Shown: positions 57,402 to 64,000 of the stretch, in pieces | Layout: the number at the start of each line of letters is the position of its first letter | Position numbering within the stretch: position 1 is the first letter of the stretch | Assembly (NCBI GenBank): GCA_001784565.1 | Contig: MFRL01000090.1 | Coordinates: forward strand, 6,378-70,377 | Direction of reading: 5' to 3' | Length of the DNA: 64,000 nucleotides | Source of the DNA: Candidatus Melainabacteria bacterium GWF2_37_15 | Lineage (GTDB): Bacteria > Cyanobacteriota > Vampirovibrionia > Gastranaerophilales > UBA9971 | Position numbers and translations under genes: made by a program | Notes under the pieces: model-generated | What the model was told of the DNA's origin: nothing | Database searches by the model: none | The model's input: only the letters and a program-made list of their open reading frames with translations

Positions 57402-58028
57402 ATGGGTAATAATACTGCAATTCAATTAAGGCATGATACAGCATCTAACTGGACAACAGATAATCCAACCATGGCAGCAGGAGAAATGGGTATAGAAACC
57501 GACACTAAAAGAATAAAAGTTGGTGATGGATCAACAGCCTGGAATAGCCTTTCTTATTATGGTGTTGGCGCATCTTTTAAATATGGACTTTATACCTTAT
57601 CTTCCGACCAAACAAGCAATATATCAGCAAATAACCATATAGAATTTAACACATCACATGGTTCTCTAGGAGGTCTTTCGACTGGTTCAGGTCAGCAAAA
57701 TGGAATAATAACACTTACCGGTGGTAAAACCTATAAAATAACAGGAGCATTTCTGTTTAGGCATTCATCTGCAGGAGCTACTCAGGTACAAGTGTATGAC
57801 AGAACGAACAGTACTTATATTAGTGGTAGCTGCGCTGTTAATTCAATGAATTCAAGTTCAAACCATTCATCTGTCCCTGTTTTTATTGGTATTATAACTC
57901 CAGCATCAAATATTGATATTGAAGTCAGGTTTACATCTATTTCAAATACAGACATGGTTCTTTCAGGATATACAAGTCACTTATCAGGTTATACGCATCT
58001 ATTAATCGAAGAATACGGCGGATATTAA
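57402..58028 (+). CDS. fibre-like protein P2, paralogue of P1
   Basis: IQLRHDTASNWTTDNPTMAAGEMGIETDTKRIKVGDGSTAWNSLSYYG, a divergent middle, and the same LLIEEYGGY end. SD is AAGGAG. Confidence 0.7.
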   Translation: MGNNTAIQLRHDTASNWTTDNPTMAAGEMGIETDTKRIKVGDGSTAWNSLSYYGVGASFKYGLYTLSSDQTSNISANNHIEFNTSHGSLGGLSTGSGQQNGIITLTGGKTYKITGAFLFRHSSAGATQVQVYDRTNSTYISGSCAVNSMNSSSNHSSVPVFIGIITPASNIDIEVRFTSISNTDMVLSGYTSHLSGYTHLLIEEYGGY

Positions 58029-58050
58029 TCTTCTTATTATATTTTTAACA

Positions 58051-58086
58051 AAGAACCTCCTTTAAACTCAAAGGAGGTTCTTTAAT
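58051..58086 (+). terminator. stem-loop terminator after P2
   Basis: AAGAACCTCCTTT-AAACTC-AAAGGAGGTTCTT gives a 13-bp perfect stem followed by a T-containing tail. Confidence 0.6.
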
Positions 58087-58129
58087 GTATAATAAATAAA
58101 AACTATATTAACAATGGAGAATATAATGG

Positions 58130-59227
58130 GTGGAAAAAAGTTTATTAACAACAGGAAAAAACCAAAATAATGTTCTAGAATTGTGTAAAAACAGTTCGGA
58201 AAATATTGTATTAATGCCTGCGGGACAACAATCTATACATTTTGCAAAATATTTAAAAAAACATTCGATTAATATTGAATTTTTTGTAGATAATAATCCT
58301 CAAAAACATGGTATTTTCATTAACGATATTCCTGTAATTTCTTTTGATGAATATAAAAAGGTAAATAATAAAAAATTTCTTATTATTTCAACCAATAAAT
58401 ATATAGAACAAGAAATAATAAATCAACTAAAAAAAAATGAGATTAAAAATTATGAATGCAGCATTGCTGATTATATTTGCTATACCTCTAATGAAATCGA
58501 TAACGCAAGAGAACTAATGGAAAAAAACTGGGAATCATACTCAAAACTTTATAATATGCTCGAAGATAATATATCAAAAAAAACCCTTATAAACAGGCTG
58601 AATTACCTTATTTCATATAACAAAGATTTTTTAAAAGAAATTATGCAACTACCTGAAAAACAGTATTTTGAACCTGAAATATATAAAATAACTTCTAATG
58701 ACTATTTTGTGGACTGTGGAGCTTTTGACGGAGATACTTTAAATAATCTAATGAATAATGTAAACTTTGAGATTGCAGGATATTACGGATTTGAACCAGA
58801 TAATGTAAATTATGAACAACTATGTAAAAAGGCTAAGCAATATAAAAATACAAGTATTATCAACAAAGGCATCTACAAAGAAGATACTACTCTAAAATTT
58901 AATTCCACCAACAATTCATCTGCTCAATTAAATGAAAACGGTAATATTGAAATTAAAGTTACTTCGTTAGACAACTTTTTTAAAGACAAAAAAGTAAGTT
59001 TTATAAAAATGGACATTGAAGGAGGAGAAAAAGATGCTATTTTAGGCGCTAAAGACCTGATTAAAGAACAAAAGCCTGTCCTTGCAATATCTGTTTATCA
59101 TAAATTCAAGGATATATATGAACTGCCTTTCCTCATACACAGTTTTAATGTAAAATACAGGTATTATCTAAGACATTATACTTCGTGTTCTTCTGAAACT
59201 ATATTTTATGCCGTGCCTGAGGAATAA
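58130..59227 (+). CDS. FkbM-family methyltransferase with N-terminal Rossmann-like module
   Basis: FIKMDIEGGEKDAILGA......KPVLAISVYH. GTG start with GGAG 10 nt upstream. Confidence 0.75.
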   Translation: MEKSLLTTGKNQNNVLELCKNSSENIVLMPAGQQSIHFAKYLKKHSINIEFFVDNNPQKHGIFINDIPVISFDEYKKVNNKKFLIISTNKYIEQEIINQLKKNEIKNYECSIADYICYTSNEIDNARELMEKNWESYSKLYNMLEDNISKKTLINRLNYLISYNKDFLKEIMQLPEKQYFEPEIYKITSNDYFVDCGAFDGDTLNNLMNNVNFEIAGYYGFEPDNVNYEQLCKKAKQYKNTSIINKGIYKEDTTLKFNSTNNSSAQLNENGNIEIKVTSLDNFFKDKKVSFIKMDIEGGEKDAILGAKDLIKEQKPVLAISVYHKFKDIYELPFLIHSFNVKYRYYLRHYTSCSSETIFYAVPEE

Positions 59228-59236
59228 AAAAACATA

Positions 59237-60319
59237 ATGCAGTGTGAATTACAAAAAGATTGGCAAACCATACTAAACAAAACTCAATTTTTAAAATCAG
59301 AGTTTGATTTAACAAGTAAAAATATTGCACTATTAGGCGCCGGAAGATACGGAAAAGTTGCTTTAGAACAATTAAAAAAAAAGAATTACAATATAATTTG
59401 TTTTTTAGATAATTCTCCCGAAAAACAAGGCAATGAAATAGCCGGAATACCGGTTGTTTCTCCAAATAGTGACATCCTAGACTCCGTTGATTTAATAATT
59501 ACAACAATTAGAGGTATTAATCCAGAAATTACAGTAGATTTACCGAGCATATCCTTTGATCAATGGTATGTAATACAAAATATTGATAATTTTAAATATG
59601 TGCGAAATAATTTACTTTGCGATGATCTATCAAAGCAAACCCTTGATAAAATCCTGCTTGCAGTTCTTACAAACGATAAAAGATATTATTCTGAAGTAAC
59701 AGATTTCAATCAGTATTTTTCTTTACCTAATTTCAGAAATAATTATAATGAGTTTTTTATTGACATAGGGGCATTTGTTGGAGACAGTATTGAAAAATTT
59801 ATGTGGGCAAATGACGGCCTTTTTAAAAAAATTATAGCTTTTGAACCGGGAAAAAGGCAGTATGATGCTTCACAAAAGCGAATAAAAAGATTATGCGAAG
59901 AATGGGCACTAGACCCTGAGAGCATCTCACTGATAAATGCAGGTATCGGAGGTAAAGAGTCCTTTGCAGAAATGGACCTTACACAATCACACCTTACAAG
60001 TATAAATTTAATTAATAATGAAATAACTAACAAACCATCTTCAATTAAAATAACTACAATAGATAAACAACTGAAAAATATTCCCGTAACTTTTATAAAG
60101 GCAGATATTGAAGGTATGGAAATGGTAATGTTAATGGGTGCAGAGCAAACAATCGTAAAAAACAAGCCTAAATTAGCCATTTGTGTTTATCATAATATTA
60201 ATGATCTTGTTGAGATATCAGAATTTTTAAAGAGTTTGGTGCCTGAATATAAAATGGCGATACGCCATCATTCATATTTACATTCAGAGACAGTTTTATA
60301 TTGCTGGATAGAAGATTAA
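59237..60319 (+). CDS. FkbM-family methyltransferase with N-terminal Rossmann-like module
   Basis: IALLGAGRYGK....NIICFLDNSPEKQG..IAGIPV and FIKADIEGMEM..L.GA......KPKLAICVYH. Confidence 0.8.
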   Translation: MQCELQKDWQTILNKTQFLKSEFDLTSKNIALLGAGRYGKVALEQLKKKNYNIICFLDNSPEKQGNEIAGIPVVSPNSDILDSVDLIITTIRGINPEITVDLPSISFDQWYVIQNIDNFKYVRNNLLCDDLSKQTLDKILLAVLTNDKRYYSEVTDFNQYFSLPNFRNNYNEFFIDIGAFVGDSIEKFMWANDGLFKKIIAFEPGKRQYDASQKRIKRLCEEWALDPESISLINAGIGGKESFAEMDLTQSHLTSINLINNEITNKPSSIKITTIDKQLKNIPVTFIKADIEGMEMVMLMGAEQTIVKNKPKLAICVYHNINDLVEISEFLKSLVPEYKMAIRHHSYLHSETVLYCWIED

Positions 60320-60321
60320 AT

Positions 60322-61674
60322 ATGACATCTGGTAAAAAACCCCAGATACTCCATATCACTACCCATCTTGGAGGTGGAGTAGGAAGTGTTGTTCTGAATT
60401 ATATAAAAAATGATGACAACTTTGAACATAAAATTGTTTGCCTTGATTATGCGAATGAAAATTCAATTGAGGTCGCTAAAAATATAAATGTAGAATTACA
60501 CGGCGATATGTCAAAAAATATTCCTAAGGTTATAGAATTAATAAAAAATTCTGACATTGTTTTAATTCACTTCTGGAATCATCCCCTGCTTTACGATTTT
60601 CTTATCAGGCACAAATTCCCACCATCAAGAGTTATTTTCTGGTCTCACATCTCAGGAATCTGCGCTCCGCATAATTTTACATACAAAACCCTAACTTTCC
60701 CTGATTTATTTGTTTTTAATACCCCATTAGGATTCAATAATAAGGAAGTTCAATCTTTATCAACCGATGAAAAAAAAAGACTCAGAGTAATTTGGGCTAC
60801 AGGAGGAATTGAACACCTTAAAGATATAAAACCTTGCATAAAAGAATATTTTAATATCGGGTATATTGGCACAGTTGATTATTGCAGGCTAAGGAATGAT
60901 TTTCTTGAGATATGCTCCAAGATCAAAATTGATAATGCAAAATTTACTGTTTGCGGTGGAACAAAAGAAAAAGAAATTTATAATCAAGCAAAAAAACTCG
61001 GTTTAGATAAAAAATTTAACTTTACTGGAAAAATAAAAGACGTTAAAAAATATTTAGAAACATTTGATATTTTTGCATATCCTCTTGTTTACAATCATTC
61101 CGGTACTTGTGATCTTGTTTTGCAAGAAGCAATGGCTGCAGGAGTTGTTCCAGTCGTTTTTAACAATCCAATGGAAAGATATATAGTTAAAAATGGAATA
61201 ACAGGAATCGTTGTAAAAACCAATAACGAATATATAGCAGCAATTGAAAAACTTTATAAAGATGTAAATTTGAGAAATAAACTTTCAATGCAGGCCAAGG
61301 CATATGCTCTTAAGCATTTTTCGATAAATACACTGATTACTGACTGGAAAAAACTTATTAATGAAGTTCTTGAAATACCTAAAACAGAAAAACAATGGTT
61401 AATGAAAAAGCCCAACAATGAAATTATGCCCAAAGATATTTTATTTGAAGCTCTTGGCAACCATGCAAGTCCGTTTAAATTATGCTTTGATAAATCTACT
61501 AGAAATGAAGGTTTAAAACAGATAAAAAAGCTTGCTAAAATGCAAATATGGCAAGGTAATAGAAAAGGCACTGTTCATCAGTATCAGGCCTTTTTCCCTA
61601 ATGATCCAGAAATTACAACCTTAAGTAAAATAATGATAAAATTTGGCTTAGAAGGAGATAAAAACATTGAATGA
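60322..61674 (+). CDS. GT-B glycosyltransferase (GT4/GT1-like)
   Basis: ILHITTHLGGGVG and the C-terminal E-x7-E-like region GTCDLVLQEAMAAGVVPVV. Start set to the ATG at 60322. Confidence 0.75.
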   Translation: MTSGKKPQILHITTHLGGGVGSVVLNYIKNDDNFEHKIVCLDYANENSIEVAKNINVELHGDMSKNIPKVIELIKNSDIVLIHFWNHPLLYDFLIRHKFPPSRVIFWSHISGICAPHNFTYKTLTFPDLFVFNTPLGFNNKEVQSLSTDEKKRLRVIWATGGIEHLKDIKPCIKEYFNIGYIGTVDYCRLRNDFLEICSKIKIDNAKFTVCGGTKEKEIYNQAKKLGLDKKFNFTGKIKDVKKYLETFDIFAYPLVYNHSGTCDLVLQEAMAAGVVPVVFNNPMERYIVKNGITGIVVKTNNEYIAAIEKLYKDVNLRNKLSMQAKAYALKHFSINTLITDWKKLINEVLEIPKTEKQWLMKKPNNEIMPKDILFEALGNHASPFKLCFDKSTRNEGLKQIKKLAKMQIWQGNRKGTVHQYQAFFPNDPEITTLSKIMIKFGLEGDKNIE

Positions 61675-62455
61675 ATTAACCCCGCTTGAACAATATAAAA
61701 AAGATACTATTGATAGAGTGAATGCCTATACTAAAAATATTCCTTTGCAAAAAAACTTAAAAAATTTCTTGGATGAAGCAGGCAAAGCCAACTATGGATT
61801 TGGTTTTTTGTGGCTAGGCGTGCCTATAATACAAGTTCCTCAGGATCTTCAGGCATTGCAGGAAATAATATGGGATACAAAGCCCGAACTTATTATTGAA
61901 ACAGGGATTGCTTGGGGTGGTTCGCTATTATACAAAGCCTCTATGTTATCTCTCCTTGAAATGTGCGGGGTTATTAAAGAAGGACATGTGCTAGGAATAG
62001 ATATTGAAATTCGCCCTCATAATAAAAATGCAATTTCAGAACATCCTATGAGCAAAAAAATTACTATGTTAGAAGGCTCCAGCATAGATAAAAAAATAAT
62101 TAAAGAGGTAATCGAATTTGCCAAAGGCAAAAGAACAATGATTTGTTTAGACAGTAACCATACTCACGAACATGTTTTAAATGAATTAAAGGCCTATGCT
62201 CCACTAGTAAGTAAAGGATGCTATTGCATAGTGTGTGACACCAGTATAGAAAACTGGGCGGATGATATGATTTCAGACAGACCCTGGGGTAAAGGTAACA
62301 ATCCTAAAACAGCAGTTTGGGAGTATTTAGATTATTTAGAAAATAACAACAATCAAAGCGAAAATGGAGAAATATTTAAATTTAAAATTGATAAATATAT
62401 TCATAATCAAATTATGATTACAGGGTCACCGGATGGATATTTAAAAAGAGTCTGA
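61667..62455 (+). CDS. CmcI/cephalosporin-hydroxylase-family methyltransferase (sugar O-methyltransferase-like)
   Basis: W.G.PI.Q.P.D........I....P.LIIETG...GGS pattern. TTG start after GGAG. Confidence 0.7.
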   Translation: MNELTPLEQYKKDTIDRVNAYTKNIPLQKNLKNFLDEAGKANYGFGFLWLGVPIIQVPQDLQALQEIIWDTKPELIIETGIAWGGSLLYKASMLSLLEMCGVIKEGHVLGIDIEIRPHNKNAISEHPMSKKITMLEGSSIDKKIIKEVIEFAKGKRTMICLDSNHTHEHVLNELKAYAPLVSKGCYCIVCDTSIENWADDMISDRPWGKGNNPKTAVWEYLDYLENNNNQSENGEIFKFKIDKYIHNQIMITGSPDGYLKRV

Positions 62456-62483
62456 TCCATCAATCTTAATTTAAAATTATTAT

Positions 62484-63017
62484 TTAATCTTTATAATAGC
62501 TGTAATCCAAATCCTTTTCCGATATCACTCTATTCTCACATTCCGGCCATTTGATATTAAACGCAAGATCATCCCATCTTATTCCATCTGCGTATTCTGG
62601 ATTATAATAATTACCCATCTGATAATAAACAATTGTATCATCACTCAGGGTTTGAAATCCATGTGCAAAACCTTCAGGAATATAGAGCATCTTGTTGTTA
62701 CCTTCAGTTAATTCCACAGCAAACCATTGACAATAAGTATCAGATTCAGTCTTTAAATCAATGATTACATCATAAATAGCACCTTTAGTAACTGATACTA
62801 TTTTAGTTTCTTCAAAAGGAGGTTTCTGAAAATGCATACCTCTAAGCGTACCGACTTTCTTGTTATATGAAACATTGCATTGTACTATTTCAGGATTTAA
62901 CCCAAGTTTTTCAAATTCTTTTTTGCAGAAGCTGCGAGCAAAGAATCCTCTTTCGTCGCTGTGAGGTTCTAATTCAATGATGTATGCTCCTTTTAGTTTT
63001 GTTTCTGTAAACTGCAT
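62484..63017 (-). CDS. rfbC: dTDP-4-dehydrorhamnose 3,5-epimerase-like cupin
   Basis: F.D.RG.F...F..........Q.N.S......LRG.H.Q......K.V....G.I.DV.VD.R. Start set to MQFTE. Confidence 0.85.
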   Translation of the reverse strand: MQFTETKLKGAYIIELEPHSDERGFFARSFCKKEFEKLGLNPEIVQCNVSYNKKVGTLRGMHFQKPPFEETKIVSVTKGAIYDVIIDLKTESDTYCQWFAVELTEGNNKMLYIPEGFAHGFQTLSDDTIVYYQMGNYYNPEYADGIRWDDLAFNIKWPECENRVISEKDLDYSYYKD

Positions 63018-64000
63018 AAAACTTCCCTTACTTCCGGTATAGGTACAATAAACCGCCCGCCCCATTCCTGAATATATGATAATTGCTCGATAATTTCATC
63101 CTTAATGTTCCAGGGTAGTATTAATATGTAATCTGGCTTTGTTTCGACAATTTTTTCAGGTGAATAGATTGGTATATGTGTTCCCGGCAAAAACAATCCC
63201 TGCTTATGGGGGCTTTTATCAACTACATAATCTATAAAATCTTGCCTGATACCGCAGTAATTTAATAAAGTATTGCCTTTAGCCGCTGCACCATAACCTA
63301 TAACGGTTTTTCTACTATTTTTAAGCTGGATTAAAAATTCCAGCAACTTTCGCTTGGTTTCTCTAACTTTTTCTGAAAAATCAGAATAAGTAGTCAGGTT
63401 TTGCAAACCAAATCCTTTTTCTTTATTAAGCAAATCCAAAATGTTGTTTGTAATCGACTTTGTTCCTGACTGACAGGCATATATTCTTAAAGAACCACCA
63501 TGTGTGGGCAGTTCCTCAACATCATATATATCAAGCCCGTGCTCGTTAAATATTTTTTGAACTGTATAAAGTGAAAGGTATGAAAAATGTTCGTGGTAAA
63601 TTGTGTCAAACTGGTTATATTTTATAAGGTTTAAAAGATGAGGAAACTCCATTGTTATTGTGCCTTCATTTTTTAAAAGTATTTTTAAACCTGCAACAAA
63701 ATCGTTTATGTCTGGCACATGCGCCAAAACATTATTCCCTGCAATCAAATCAGCTTTCTTATCCTGCTTCTGTGCCATTTTTTGACTAAAGAAGTCAATA
63801 ATAGTTTCAACACCTTTTTCCTGAGCAACTTTTGCTACACTCATGGATGGTTCTATTCCAAGAACAGGAATGTTTTTCTCTTTAAAATATTGCAAAAGAT
63901 AACCGTCATTACTTGCAATTTCTACAACCAGGGAATTATTCGCAAGATCTAGCTTTTTGGAAATCATATCAGAATATGCCTTGCAATGCTTTAACCAGCT
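62993..64000 (-). CDS. NDP-hexose C-methyltransferase-like class I methyltransferase (partial, continues past right edge)
   Basis: VVEIASNDGYLLQYF....I.VLGIEPS..VA..A...G and the C-methyltransferase C-terminal domain. The frame stays open upstream of M63967 (..SWLKHCKAYSD) to the window end. Confidence 0.75.
   Translation of the reverse strand, partial: SWLKHCKAYSDMISKKLDLANNSLVVEIASNDGYLLQYFKEKNIPVLGIEPSMSVAKVAQEKGVETIIDFFSQKMAQKQDKKADLIAGNNVLAHVPDINDFVAGLKILLKNEGTITMEFPHLLNLIKYNQFDTIYHEHFSYLSLYTVQKIFNEHGLDIYDVEELPTHGGSLRIYACQSGTKSITNNILDLLNKEKGFGLQNLTTYSDFSEKVRETKRKLLEFLIQLKNSRKTVIGYGAAAKGNTLLNYCGIRQDFIDYVVDKSPHKQGLFLPGTHIPIYSPEKIVETKPDYILILPWNIKDEIIEQLSYIQEWGGRFIVPIPEVREVLCSLQKQN

Noticed and set aside
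47567-58028. P1 and P2 conserved 5' regions as inverted repeats driving homologous inversion of the 9.2 kb between them (Mu G-segment-like tail-fibre switching), or a DGR target because of the Mtd-like N-terminus
   Set aside because: The conserved N-terminal codons differ at many synonymous positions, so there is no long identical tract for recombination. Each copy carries its own promoter, so inversion would not swap variable ends. I saw no reverse transcriptase, template repeat or invertase.

Overview
AT-rich bacterial chromosomal window. I recognised no rRNA, tRNA, CRISPR array, transposase or integrase. The left ~29 kb is tightly packed housekeeping: upp, gltX, a GH77 glucanotransferase, rluD-type synthase, S41 Ctp protease, clpC, alr, thrS, tyrA, ruvA, gmk, coaBC, L25/Ctc, gyrB and adenine deaminase. 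Small accessory items sit among these genes: an MNT/HEPN pair wedged between gyrB and ade, an RHH+PilZ pair, a stand-alone MshEN-like domain coupled to a membrane protein, three tandem YkgJ-type Cys-cluster paralogues between tyrA and thrS, two tandem small paralogues, an ORF broken by an in-frame TAG, and GC-rich REP-like hairpins. From 29.4 kb to the right edge (more than 34 kb) lies one very large glycosylation island. It holds two Maf/DUF115 proteins and a legionaminic-acid-type nonulosonic acid pathway (legB, legC, neuC/legG, neuB/legI, CMP-sugar synthetase, CBS-nucleotidyltransferase, SDR, AKR). It also holds a Bcs1-like CDP-ribitol synthase, TagF-like phosphotransferases, four radical SAM/SPASM-like enzymes (three in tandem), six methyltransferases, a sulfotransferase, GT2 and GT4 transferases, and deoxyhexose epimerase/C-methyltransferase genes. 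No flagellin gene is present. The most unusual content is inside this island. Two divergently oriented paralogous proteins combine a phage-tail-fibre-type N-terminus with a shared LLIEEYGGY C-terminus. One of them follows a consensus promoter and a leader made of 10 perfect 12-nt repeats. The other lies directly downstream of the three tandem radical SAM genes. A duplicated, inverted copy of the 5' end of the CDP-ribitol synthase gene brackets a 5.7 kb five-gene cassette. All functional calls rest on motif recognition by eye, with no database search.
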